64,000 nucleotides of DNA, taken from assembly GCA_965153355.1 (NCBI GenBank), contig OZ231126.1, positions 10,850,001 to 10,914,000 on the forward strand. The letters run 5' to 3'. The DNA comes from Flaccisagitta enflata. Taxonomy: Eukaryota. Below, piece after piece: positions 42,222-55,654 of the stretch. The notes under the pieces were generated by a model. The model was not told the DNA's origin and did not search any database. It saw only the letters and a list, made by a program, of their open reading frames with translations. Within the stretch, counting starts at the first letter, position 1; every line of letters starts with the position of its first letter. A program made the translations under genes and the position numbers.

Positions 42222-43259
42222 TGTCTATGAGCGTCTATCTGACTGACGACTTGTGGTGAAAGAAAGTTGGCCGATTGGAAAATAGGAAGGCGATCGTCTC
42301 GTTTATTCCATAAAAATTTCAACAACTGAAGAGAGGGGGAAAAATGAAAGGGAAAGTGGGCGTTAATTGTGATCAGCAAACGCAAAAGATAACATGAAAT
42401 CGAGATAGGACACAATAAAGGACAGAAACAGCACATGACAACATGTTCATCTTCTTCAGAGCCCATGCCACCTGATAATACCTGCCCCTGCCCCGGCCCA
42501 TCCCATTAAATTCATCCATATCATCCCTATAGCAAGCTGATCGGGCAAGCGATAAAAACCATACTAAAATCCGGCGATAAAAATGCAAAAGGGCAAAAGA
42601 CAAAAATAACAGACCGGAAAACAAGATAAAAAACAATGTTAATAAAAGCAAAGACGCGTCTATAAAACTTACTTTTAGGCCCACTTTCGTTGGTTTCAGC
42701 CCACAGTCTGTCGAAGTCAAACTAACGTTAATTGTCCGTTCATAAGTTTATCTGCAATAAAAAGATGAGAGATTATTGAAATTAGTGAATTCCAAGGGCG
42801 CATTCAAACGATCACAAAAATCAATCAATCACTTTAAGAAGCAATGCCGTAAATAAATAAAATCAATCAATCCAAAAATTGGATGATACGAACGACGAGT
42901 TACGTATATTCGCCTACGTAATAAAAACAAATGGCACAAAATACAAGGCGCAACCATATGGTTACCCATCTAGCGTTCAATATAAAAAATGGCGAGAAAC
43001 AAAAGACGCGGGCATTGAATAATCGAGAAAGAGGAAAAGCCAAAAGCACGCAAAAGAGACAAGGCACACATACTTAAAAAACGGACGGACATACATTTCT
43101 AACAGTAAGAAAACAAAACAAAAAAACAAATTTGAAATATTGTTCAAGCCCGTCAGTTTGTTCCAAAAGTTACTCATCGATGATTCGTACTAATCGGCTG
43201 CTTATTTTCAGATTTTGAATACTGTAGAATATAACATCATTTAAGCAACAGATAAAAGT

Positions 43260-43479
43260 AACAAGGCCGGATACACGGCTACCCCAGTCGCGTGCGGGTG
43301 GGCAGGGGCCGTATTTGAGGTCACTTGATCAATTGGGCAGGAGCAGTGAGGCCAAAGACCGCAAAAACCCAAAAAAAGTAAAGTGTGACGGACGGATGGA
43401 CGGACGGACGGACGGACGGACGGACGGACGGACGGACCGACAAAGCTGGGTGTAGAGTCGCGTAGCACGCGACTAAAAA
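43260..43479 (-). mobile_element. Short HINE-like element (agtcgcg family). Related copies near 16506-16655, 25446-25632, 29504-29700, 44906-45063, 63087-63272
   Basis: Subterminal inverted AGTCGCGT/ACGCGACT, (GGAC)n core, 3' GCCGTGTATCCGGCCTTGTT, inserted in T-rich sites. Confidence 0.75.
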
Positions 43480-43994
43480 CAGAGAAAAATGTTTCAACAT
43501 GACATCTGGTCGGGGAGCGCACCCGATATCAAAGCCAAGCCAAGCCATCTCTATAAGAATTTCATGGGTATTTTTTATACGGTACTAGGCAGCTTCACTA
43601 AAAACCATGAAGGTAGATGTGTGACTTGTTTTACCGGAGCTACAAGCCGCTGGCTTTTCTTAACCAGTTTAATTGAAGTTGAAGTTGAAGTTGAAATTGT
43701 CCAGTCTCGTGACACGCGTTTTAGAAGAGCCCAATTATAAATTGGTAGCAACCGGGAGTGAAACGTTATTTGACAATAGAGTCAGTGTAATATGTATCAA
43801 GTAGGTCAGAACCATTAGCGGTAAACCGTTGTTGCTCTTAGCTTGGGGGTTGATCCACAGGAATTCAGAGATTTTCATGAAATATATGCCGCAGATCTTT
43901 GCAGATCATAATTTTAGTGGGTATTTTAAGCAGGATTTGGACCCGTACAAATTTTCGCTTCCGGTGGCTGTAATCAGATTTTTTTTTTTGACAG

Positions 43995-44122
43995 GTTGGC
44001 TGTTGCGGATTTGTTAATGAGTTCTGTTGGGGTTATCACTCCCTTCATCGCATCTTACAACCAAACGTGGCCTTTTGGAGAAATTGGATGCGCCTACGAT
44101 GGATTCATTCACTACGTAGTAG
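43995..44122 (+). CDS. Opsin exon TM2-ECL1-TM3, on the opposite strand to the rest of the gene
   Basis: T-rich gacag acceptor and gtaact donor. LAVADLLMSSVGVITPFIASYNQTWPFGEIGCAYDGFIHYVV(G). Ends in phase 1, complementary to the exon starting at 21250. Confidence 0.9.
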
Positions 44123-44202
44123 GTAACTCGTACACAATCATTCATTCATTCATTCATTTATTCATTCACAACGCAATCGGTTATTCCAAAACAAAGTCTT
44201 TC

Positions 44203-44703
44203 ATGAGCAAAAAAAGAACTTCTTTATGAGGCTCACATATATTTAATGGACAAGAGAGCCAGAATTTTCGACTAATACAGCTTAGACAGATCATTGGCAA
44301 GAGAAATGACAAGAAAAAAGAGAGAGAGGGACTTATAAAGGGAAAAGACAAAGGATAATCCAAAAACCATGAGAAGACCACATGATCAAGAAAGAGAGAG
44401 AGATTAACTCTCTGGGCCCCCCCCCAAACAAAACGCACGATATCCAAAAACGAGAGACCACGGAGCATACAAAGAACCACAGGGTTAAGTGTCACGAAGT
44501 TTAGATAATATAGGATCCCAAGCGTTGCTGCGTATGCATAGTTGATCATGTGGTCTTCTCATGGTTTTTGGATTATCCTTTGTCTTTTCCCTTGTCATTT
44601 CTCTTGCCAATGATCTATGGCTAAGCTGTATTAGTCGAAAATTCTGGCTCTCTTGTCCATTAAATGTATGTGAACCTCATAAAATAGTTCTTTTTTTGCT
44701 CAT
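44203..44703. mobile_element. MITE with long (~150-190 bp) TIRs
   Basis: ATGAGCAAAAAAAGAACT...CCACATGATCAA is mirrored by TTGATCATGTGG...AGTTCTTTTTTTGCTCAT. Superfamily not assigned. Confidence 0.8.
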
Positions 44704-45063
44704 TGCTACTTTCCATACATATGATGTCTCTCCGTCAACAAAAAGTCTTTCATTTTGATGAACTTACCGATCAATGATTATGAAGAGATTTTCTCAAATT
44801 TTTGAAGATCCCTTTGTTCTAGACCAGTCCAAAACTGACTGACAGGCCTCTTGATTCTGGAACAGCAAGTTCCGCTTCTCGGAAAGTCGCGGAAGACGAA
44901 AAAGAACAAGGTCGGATACACGGCAATCCAGTTGCGGACGGTTGGGCAGGAGCAGTAATGCAAAAACCGCTCGGAATCTAAAAATGTGACGGACCTACCG
45001 ATCTACCGACCTACCGACATACCGACCGACACGGCAAGGTGTAGAGTCGCGTGTCCCCGACTA

Positions 45064-46807
45064 CCCCGTGTTCAATCTCAAAGTGGGAAAAGCAAAAAGC
45101 TTATATTCCTAAACGCAACCAGTCAGTGATTTCAAATTATTTTTCTCTTGTAGTATTATGTTTGATGTTTTTAGTCGCGTGGACGCGACTCTATACCCCG
45201 CTTTGTCCGTCCGTTGGTCGGTCGGTCGGTCAGTCGGTCGGTCGGTCGGTCCCCATTTTACTTTTTTTATTCGTTTTATTCCTATTAAGTCATTTTAAGT
45301 CAATAAAGTGATTTTGAGTCAAATTAGATCATTTTAAATCATTTTAAGTCATTTTAACTCACTTTAAGTCAAATTAAGTCATTTGAGTCATTATTGAATT
45401 TTAGTCAATTTAAGTCAATCTAGGTCATTTTAAGTCATTTTAAGTAAATTCAAGTCAATTTAGGTCAGTTTAACTCAGTATAAGTCAATTTAAGGCAGTA
45501 TAAGTTAATTCAAGTCATTTTATGTCAAATTTAAGTCAAATTAAGTCATTTGAGTCATTATTGAATTTTAGTCATTTTAAGTCATTTTAAGTAAATTCAA
45601 GTCAATTTAAGTCAGTTCAACTCAGTATCAGTCAATTTAAGGCAGTATAAGTCAATTTTCATTTACATAATTATAGGTAATTATAGGTCATAATGCAATT
45701 TTGGGTAATCATAGGTAATTATAGGTCATTATAGGTCATTATGCAATTACAGGTAATCAAAGGTCATTATAGGTAATCATAAGTCATTATAGGTAATTAT
45801 AGGTTATTATTCAATTATAGGTCATTATAGGTAATTGTAGGTAATTATAGGTAATAATAGGTTATTATGCAATTATAGGTTATTATGCAATTATAGGTCA
45901 TTATGGGTAATTATAGGTTATTATAGGTAATTATAGGTTATTATGCAATTATAGGTCATTATTGGTCAGTATGTAATCATAGGTAATTTTAGGAAATTAT
46001 AGGCCATTATAGGTAATTATAGGTCATTATGTAATTATAGGTGTTTATAGGTCATAATAGGTAATTATAGGTCATTATGCAATTATAGGTCATTATTGGC
46101 AATTATAGGTCATTATGTAATTATAGATAATTATAGGTAATTATAGGTAATCTTAGGTCATTTAGTAATTATAGGTAATTTTAGGTCATTATAGGTAATT
46201 ATTGGTAATTGAAGGTCTTTATGCAATTATGGGTAATTATAGGTAATCAAAGGACATTAAAGGCAATTATAGGTCATTATGTAATTATAAGTAATAATAG
46301 GTAATTATAGGTTATTAATGGTAATTAAGTAAGTCTCGCACGCGACTTATAGGTGTTGGCCTTGTTTGTATAAAAATTTCATTGGTCTAGCCTTAATAGT
46401 TTGTCCACAACATTAATTTGAAGTAAAAAAAGTATGTAAAGTTTGAACTAAAAAACCCTCATTTTAATCATGATAGTTTTTCTTAAAATTACTCTAATTT
46501 CTAAACGGTTTGAGCTAAAAATGCCAGATTGGTCTCAAATGAAGTATATTTTGAAAATGCTTACATCTGAGACCAATCAAAATATTGAAAAACAGTGTTG
46601 ATAAAACTATACGTTTTTGAGCCTCAACTGTAAACACTTATTTTACTTCAAATTGATGTTGTGGATTAACTATTCAAGCTAGACCAATGAAAATTGTACA
46701 CAAAAAACGTCAAATATATAACTACAAGAAAAAACTGGTTTGAAGTCACTAAGTGCGTTTAGAAATGTAAGCTTTTTACTTTTCCCACTTTGAGATTGAA
46801 CACCCTG
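45064..46807. mobile_element. Tc1/mariner-type MITE interrupted by a satellite-bearing HINE (~45168-46364)
   Basis: TA flanks. TIR GTGTTCAATCTCAAAGTGGGAAAAG at both ends. The nested element carries TAAGTCAATT and ATTATAGGT arrays. Confidence 0.75.
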
Positions 46808-47647
46808 TAAAAAGAAGTAAAAGAAGAAAAAAGAAAAAGAAATGATGAAGAAGAAATAAGAAGAAAAAGAAGATGAAGAAAAAGAAGAAGAAGAAGAAGA
46901 AGAAGAAAAAGAAGAAGAAGAAGGTGAAGAAGAAGAAGAAGAAAGAGAACGAAGAGGGAAGGGCGGAGAAAGAAAAGCGACAGAAATCAGCATTAACATC
47001 CTCATTTGCATAGTGCAGTTTTATGAAGACTGCTGCATAACAGATCGATGATTTGTAATACAGTTAATTTGAGAAGAAACTGGAACGTAATATCTTAATC
47101 ATTATTCATTGGGATGTAAGAAGAGAAACTGTTTGCGCCTTTAAAACGTTATTTACTTTTTATTGTTTTTCATGTAACCTTCTGCGAATCAGATTTTTAG
47201 CTGCGGTCACGCAACTCCATAAGGGGTTTTGTCTGTCCAGTGTTTAGTCCGTCCGTCAATATGTCAAGGTGATGGAGTTGAAAAGTGGAAAAATGAGCGT
47301 TTTGGATAATTTTTGTGTATGTTTGTGAATGGAGTGAGGTTTATGGTGTATATGGGGTTTCGATGCCCCTGCCCACCCGTTCACAACGATATTGTGACCC
47401 CGCGTCACCTGTTCTGCACTTTTGAGGTCATTCTGTGCCATTAGCCGATGGCCTTGCACCCAAAATGAATATCCCACCTTAGAACTATACCAATGAGGGC
47501 GGTTCTTGCCGTAGGAAAAAAGTCTTAAATGTTGGGTTTGGAATTGTTTGTGATTCTGTTTTGTCTGTCTGTCTATCTGTCAGTGTGTGTCTCTGTCTCG
47601 CTGTGTCTCTGTCAGTGTGTTTCTCTGTCTCTCTGTCTCTCTGTCTC

Positions 47648-47703
<56 letters not shown>

Positions 47704-47755
47704 ATTCTCTGACAGATAGACAGACAGACAGAAAGAGGAAGAGAGAGAGAGAGTT

Positions 47756-47839
<84 letters not shown>

Positions 47840-47976
47840 AGAGAGAGAGAGAAAAAGAGAGAGGGTGAAAAAGAAAGAGAAAGTAAGATAGATAGGCAAA
47901 CAAATAGATAGACAAAGACAGACAGACAAAAAAAGAATAGGCAGAGAATGCTAGGAAAAGAGAGACAGTCAAACAG

Positions 47977-48054
<78 letters not shown>

Positions 48055-48997
48055 CAGACAGACATTGGATTTGTTGCCAGCAAGCGCAATTATCATTAAG
48101 GACAATTAAAAGTTCAAAAAGACTTTAACTAACTAAATTTCTCATTTTTGTGATAAGTGCAAAAATGCGAAAAAATACAAAAAGATTAAAAAAATCATAA
48201 CTCAAAAATTATTGATCCCACAGACAGGCGTGCATTTTCTTCTTTCCTTCCGAGTAGCTTATTTTTTCCCATTGAATATTCCGACTTGTCTATCATATTC
48301 TTGTCAAAAAGGCTAGTTACCGTGAGCGGTGCAATATCGAATATGAGTTTTATATTACTTCAGTCGTTTTTGCAACAGGATATTTAACGTGGAAACAATT
48401 TAAGCTCTGGTCAATATTTGAAAAAGAAAATTAGGCGCAAACTGAAATTTGTGACACGTATATTGGACTATTTGTAACGGTTCTCAAATAATGCAAGCCA
48501 GTTGTTGATCTTTAAACCGCGCACTGACAAGAATATGCCAAAAAAAATATGCATTTGCCATACCCTGAGTGACAAGATGACCATGATCCCTCCATATCTC
48601 AAAAGCGATATGAGGAGCTAATTTGCATATTGCAGTAGCAAGACTTCCGGATTACCTTCTGGGGGCATTTTCAGATGGCGGGGGATCTATCCCGCCCAAA
48701 AACTATTGGTGATGGCTTAGTGGGTAAATATGAAAGCCTGGAGGATCTACAAAAGTCACAGAAGCTGAAGGGAGTAAAGAGTCAAAGACTGAGCGAGTGA
48801 AACGGGATGGAAGTAGATGCTATAAACCTTGTTCCCGATTGTTTACTCTATCTTCTTCACTATCTTTTTTTCTTCTTCTTCCTCTTCTCTTTCTCTTTTT
48901 CTTTTTCTCTTCCTTTTTCTTTTTCTTTTTCTTTTTCTTCTTCGATCTTCCGAGATGCGCCCATATCATTCCGAGTGGCGGCGCTACCCGCTACTCC

Positions 48998-50433
48998 ATA
49001 ATAGTCGCAAAAGCGTTAGATGGTCAGCGGTACCCGTTGCCCCTATGTGAGTGTATGTTGGTGAGAGGTGGTTAGAGGGGCAGCGGCCCCGAAGGAGCCG
49101 ATGACCTATGCTGTTTTTATCTAAGCTTTAAGGCTGGAATTAGGGCCTGGAGGCTGGGATATGAGCCTTGCGGCTGGGATTTGAGCCTAGGAGCTGGATT
49201 TAGAGTCTCGAGCTGATATTTGAGCCACAAGGCTGGGATTTGAGCCTCAAGACTGGGATTTGAGCCTTGAGGCTAGGATTTGGGCCTTGAGGATGGGATT
49301 TAAGCCTTGAGGCTGGAATTTGAGCCTTTAGGCTGGGATTTGAGCCTATAGACTGGGATTTGAGCCTCGAGATTGGGATTTGAGCTTTGAGGCTTGGGTT
49401 TGTGAGATTTCAGCCTCGAGGCTGGATTTGAGCTTTGAGGCTGAGATTTGAGCTTTGAGGCTGGGATTTGAGCTTTGAGGCTGGAATTTGAACTTTGAGG
49501 CTAGGATTTGAGCCTCAAGGCTAGGATTTGGGCCTTGAGACTACGATTAGGGCCTCGAGACTAGGATTTTGGTCTCGACAGGGGGGGGGGGGACGTGGGA
49601 GAAGAAGGAGGAGGAGGAGAAGGAGGAGAAATTTCTCCTGTGTGAAAGCATAGGTCATCGGCCCCTTCGGGGCCGCTGCCCAAAAAGCACCCCTGCCCAC
49701 AGAATTCTGCTTGGCGCCATCTGAAAGAGAAAAATTAGTTCTTTCTCAGCTATCAATTTCATGCGTAGTCCCAATCGGCCCCCAAAACTTACCACCATTC
49801 CCGAACGCCCCACAAGAAATAGTCGCAAAAGCGTTACATGGTCAGCGGTGCCCGATGCCCCTAAGTTAGTGTATGTGGGAATGAGATTATGAGAGGGGCA
49901 GCGGCCCCGGAGGGGCCGATGACCTATGATTCCACATAGGACAATTTTCTGCGGTTTGAGAAGCTGGTTTGGAGGGCTGAGAGGCCTGATTTTGGCTGTG
50001 AAAGGTCTGATTTAGGTTGTGAGAGGCGTGGTTTGGGGTCTGAGAGGCTTGATTTGGGGTCTGAAAGGCGTTATTTGGATCTGAGGGGTCTAATTTGGGG
50101 TCTGAAAATCCTGACATGGGGTCTGAGGCTTGATTTTGATCTGAAAGGCCTAATTTGGGGTCTGAGAAGCCTGATCTGGGGTCTGGGAGGCCTGATTTGG
50201 GTTTTAAGAGGCCTGATTTGGGGTCTGGGAGGCCTGATTTGAGGTCTAAGAAGCCTGATTTGGGGTCAGAAAGGTCTTATTTGGAGTCGAAAAGGCCTGA
50301 TTTGGGGTCTGAGAGGCTTGATCTGAGGCTTGGGGGAGGGGAGGGGACGGACGGACGGACGGACGGAAACCGGAGAAAATTGCCCTATGTGGAATCATAG
50401 GTCATCGGCCCCTCCGGGGCCGCTGCCCAAAAA
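48998..50433. mobile_element. Two further GGGCAGCGGCCCC-family Helentron-like copies (~48998-49686, ~49818-50433)
   Basis: Same ends as the 1-8716 clusters, with 20-bp GGCTGGGATTTGAGCCT.. and 21-bp GGCCTGATTTGGGGTCTGAGA arrays. Confidence 0.75.
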
Positions 50434-50668
50434 GGAAAATCAATTTCCGTAGGTCTCAAAAAATTTGTAAAAAACAACATTCCTAAGCCATAAATGATTC
50501 TATTGCCTGAAAATATATGAATTTTGGAACAGTGGGCCTTGTTTTGTCACCAAATGCCCATTTATGGGTTTCTACCGATGAAGAATTGTAAGTCTAAAAG
50601 CTAAAACTTCATACCAAATTTTGTACGGTTTTTAAAGTTTTATATTTTCTCAACATTATAGTGTGGAG

Positions 50669-50848
50669 GCCGTTTTTTTCTGTGACTTCACATCACCATT
50701 GAAAAATGTCCCTCCTATCCAATATTTCTCAGTTCGATTTACATTAGTCATGCCTATCAACTCGGCATTTTCCTTTGGACCAAATATCTCAGCCAAAACA
50801 CCCCCAAGTGCCAAGTGCCGGTTTTTTCTGTGACTTCGCATCATCATT
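50669..50848. other. ~117-bp copy of lectin-domain sequence inserted between ~32-bp direct repeats
   Basis: 50696-50812 matches 52172-52288. Flanks are GCCGTTTTTTTCTGTGACTTCACATCACCATT and GCCGGTTTTTTCTGTGACTTCGCATCATCATT. Confidence 0.85.
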
Positions 50849-51109
50849 ATCGCAGTATGACTAATGAGCTCGCCGCTGACTAACATCTTTTAGTCTCTAC
50901 TTTCTACTAGGAGAAGTTTTTGTTTGGTGCGCCTCTATAACACCCTACAGGACTGTTTAAAAGACAAGGCAAAAGAATTCATAGACACTATACAATTTTT
51001 CAAACAAGAAATGGTGTTGATCAAAGCAACATCAATATTTACATGTTAACTCTCAAAGAAGCGAAAGCAAAAAATTAATTGTGTTCTTTTCCAGACTAGT
51101 AGAAAATTG

Positions 51110-54100
51110 ATCAATACAAAATGAAATTGTTTTGAAAGAGAGCACCACATGGAAACGAATCTTTCCAGGGCACCAGCTTGATTTCATATATATGTGTATG
51201 GGTCCCATTTGAAATGAGAGAATTTGTTATTCAGTTTTGGCACTGAAGATCAAATTCGATGAATCAATTTTCGACTGTGATTTCATCTTGGTTTTGGCAA
51301 ATGAACCATGATGGGTTTTCATTTACACGGTTCTGCTCGTTCATTTGTGAACTCGTGAAACTCACTGCATTTCCCTTAAAAGCTGAGTTACAACGAACTC
51401 CTGCAGCTTCTGAATTACCACAATCATGCTTCTTAATGTGAGTGCAATCTATCAATCGCATTTCGGATCCTGCACAATCAACATCATCCATGGCAAAATC
51501 AGCTCCTAAACCCGTGCCAAATGATGAACTTGAGGTATATGTTGCTCCAGCAACTGGAAATCCTAATTCTCTGCAAACTACTCGTGCATCAGTGTTATCC
51601 CATCCATCATCGCAGACGGGCTTCCCATGAATGACGACGTTGCCTTCCCACGGATAAGAACCGCCGTACAATCTTAGGTCGCGGCCATAATTTGGTATGC
51701 GACCTGATTGGGTCATCCAGGTTCCCGATGCAATAATCTTCCTTGCCTGTTGCGCAAAAAATGTCACGTTCAATTTCAGCTGGTTTCCATCCGCTAATGT
51801 CCCATTGAACTCCTGGGAGCAAAATCTTCGAGCTTCCTCTCTTGATTTCTGAGCCGTAATGAAATTAAAGCATTTTTGCGTCAGAATAATTTGATGTCGG
51901 GATTCACGATTAGTATTTGTCAAATTTACGCAAGCGGGCGTCGAAATGTGATCCAACCACTCAATCTGTCGGTAGGAATCCTTTTCAGTGGGTTTGAAGA
52001 TCTCACATATAAATTTTCTCCATTAGAAACAAGGCGTTGATAGCCAGTGGTGCATTGTCACTGGGGGTAAACTGCAAACATTTATTCTCGCGAGAAGCGA
52101 TTGTTCTGTCATAATCCCAATCTGAGTAATGATCGCTGATCAAAGTGGAACTGTTTCCCCACATCCACGAGCCATTGAAAAATGTCCCTCCTATCCAATA
52201 TTTCTCAGTTCGATTTACATTAGTCACGCCTATCAACTCGGCATTTTCCTTTGGACCAGATATCTCAGCCAAAACACCCCCGAGTGCCGCGCATGTCGCT
52301 TGCGCCAGGATCCATGGCGCTGGATACATGGAACTTCTGTAGCACGATGGTAGATAGTCGGGACAAACAGGCTCGGTCATCAGGATATTGGAAGTTTCCG
52401 ATGCCTCTTCTTGATAATGCAATGACTTGGTTTCACAAATGAACCAATGTTTGGTGTCGCAGTCGATCGTTTTCCATCTTTTCTGGCTGACATCGAAGAC
52501 AGCGCAGGAGGACTCAAACTATTCATTCAAGATCCAATTGGCAGCCATTGGATGGGCTTGCCTCATTTCCTCGACTTCATTCTCGTTCTCACCATCCCAG
52601 AACCATCAACCATCTGATCTTGGCTGTGTTTGTTTGGCGCCAATCCAGAAGGTGGCTTTAGTAGGCGATATTTGACTAAGTAAAAAATCCACCTCACTAT
52701 TATCTCTGATTGTTACTAGTTTACCATCAAGCTGCGTGCAAAACTCTTGGGCTCTAACACGGGACATGGGTGTTAGCGTCTGATCAATATAGTAGCATTT
52801 GTCGCTTTGTCCTTTTGGGCCCAAATGTGTGTATTTTTTGGGCAAATGATTCGGACAAGCATAATGAAGACTGAGCAAAGGGTCAGTATGTAAAATGGCA
52901 TCCAGCTTTGTTTCTATAACTGATTGATTATGTTGCGAAAGAGTCCCTGATTGTAATGCCTGAGAATGGTTCTGTTTTAGTGATGTAATAACTTCCGCTA
53001 AATGGCGCAAGTCAAAAGCTGGCGTTTGTTCTATGGCCTCTATCAACTCTGCGGACAAATTAACCTGCATCCGCATTATTTGTCCAAATCTAGCATCCAC
53101 TGTGACATCATGAGTTTGCAATGCTCAGCATTGTCTTTGTACCACGGCATCAAGTAAAACTTCAGATTGATTGTTATGAATTTGAGCCAAGGATTTCAAC
53201 ATTTTCTCAATCCTAGAACTGTCTGTGACGCACATTTTATTCAGCGTGTTCTCTTGTAATTGATTCAAGCCTTCCATGAAATCATTGGATTGATTCTGTT
53301 GCATTTTGGACATGATCTCAACTATTTCTAAAATTTTAGCTGTTATGATTGGCGTTTGCTCTTCAAATGAATCTCGTTTCATTTGTGCCATTGTTTCAAA
53401 CATCACGATTGACTGATTGTGTTGTGTTTTGATCAAATTGTTAATCAAATTTTCATTTTGTGCATGCAGGAGATTCCTTTCTTTTAGCGCCTTGTTCTCT
53501 ATTGTGGTTATGGCTTGTGACTGATTCTGCATTATATCAATAAAGATATTAATCATCCTTTCATTTCGGTCATCCATAAGCTGCCTTACCCTGCGAACCT
53601 CCTGCTTGGTTACTTCACTTCTTGCGGTAGCGAGTTGGTTTTCTTTAAGTATATTCGCCTGCATTATTGCTACAGCCTCGGACTGGTTTTGCTGTGTATC
53701 AACCATTGCCTTCAACATCGCCTTGTTCTCCCGCTGTATTATTTTTATGGCCTTAGACTGGTTTTGCTGTGTATCAACCATTGTCTTCAACATCGCCTTG
53801 TTCTCCTGGTGTATTAGTGTTATGACCTCAGACTGATTTTGCTGTGTATCAACCATTTCCTTCATCATCACCTTGTTCTCCTGGTGTATTAGTGTTATGG
53901 CCTCAATCACCCTGTTATTCCCCCGCGGTCATTTGTGCCTCAGAGAGGTTGTTTTGTGAATCAATCATGGCCTTAATCATCATCAAGTTCTGCTTCTGCG
54001 CTTGGGTCACAGCTCTGGACTGATTTTGTTGAATGTTGATCATGGTCTCGATCATCTTTTCTTTTCTCTCGTCACTGAGTTGTCTGTCCCTGACCGTGTC

Positions 54101-55556
54101 TTGCTGAATTTGTTTCATAGTTTGGATGAGCTTTTCATTTCTTGCTTCATCACTTTGACTTTTCTCCTTAGCATCTTTTTGCATTTTCGTGATGAACTTA
54201 GACTGGTTGTTCTGTGTATCAATCATAGTCTTGATCATCATTATATTTTGCTCCTGCATTCTGGTCAAGGCTTCAGACTGATTTTGTTGAATATTGACCA
54301 TTGCCTCAATCATCATTTTAATTCTCGCATCGTTAAACTGTCTTTCATTTGAAGTACCTCGCTGTAATTGACTTATGGACTCAGACTGATTTGATAGTAA
54401 TTTTTCAACAGACTCAATGAGTTTTATGGTCATGGCTTCTTCATTGCGCCTAAGATTATTAACGGCAACATCCACTGATGCACTCAAACTATCATTCAGG
54501 CCTTGCAACAGACGTTCTAGGAGATTGACTGTTTCCTCCAAAATTTCCTCGTACTTTGGTGGTTCTGCCTTTTCACTGACATTGATTTGATGCAGAACAT
54601 GTTTCATGATGTTTTCATGGCGCGCTGAAGAAGTCGGCTCACCATCATTCGTCTTCCTTGGTCGAGACAAATGGATTTGGATGTTCAAAGCCACCACAAA
54701 CAACAATATGGTAATCAGCAAGAATGAATTCCAAATCTTCCAACCTGCATGTAGAGAATGGGGGTAATATTGTATGGATTCATTAATGAGTATTGAGTAA
54801 CTTTTAGGATCAGTTCAGTTTTTTGGTTTTTGAATGACACTATTATTAATTAAACATTTTTTCTTAAAGTTAAGAGTTTTAAGGAGTGTATTTTGCAAAG
54901 AGGTAAACTCAACTAAAGGGGTGTCTATGCGTTTTAAGACACTTGGTCTGAAATTTTCAGCCCTCTGAGAAAAAAATTGTCAAATTTCAAGTTTTCAATA
55001 TTTGGTCCTTTCTATTTTGACTTTTCTCTCTTGGTCACAAAATCTGTTTTAGACTTATCAGTCATTGCCATCTTATGTTGGGGAAGAAGTCTAGATAGGT
55101 AACATAATGAGTGCAATCTGGTCCCAGTACAGTCTTTGGACATTTCGGTATTTGTAGATATGTCAGCAGTTTGGTGCACGTCAACCCGTTGAAATCTCTT
55201 ATTCCGGTATATTTCAATGGGTTGAAATCTTTCATTCTACTGATATTAATCTTGTAGAATGAGAGATTTCAATGTGTTGAAATGTGCCAAAATGAGAGAT
55301 TTCAACCCGTTGAAATATGCCAGAATAAAAAATTTCAACAGGTTGAAATATACCAGACTGCTGACATATCTACAAATACCAAAATGTCCATAGACTGAGT
55401 AGCTCAAACTGTTTAGATATGGTAAGCTAAACAATAAAGGCTACATATCATTTTGAATATTGGAAAAATATTCATGATTTGATATCTAAAAGAATTAGAA
55501 AAAGCTTATCCTTTGATTATCTTAGCTTCTTGAGAAGCTAGAGTCTTTAGTAACAT

Positions 55557-55654
<98 letters not shown>

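Noticed and set aside
42222-43200. 5' LTR and primer-binding site of the BEL element
   Set aside because: No second LTR in the window for comparison and no clear PBS, so boundaries cannot be supported.
52519-53127. In-frame TGA codons in the lectin gene as selenocysteine, readthrough or an alternative genetic code
   Set aside because: TAG and TAA stops and frameshifts occur in the same gene, so ordinary pseudogenisation explains it.
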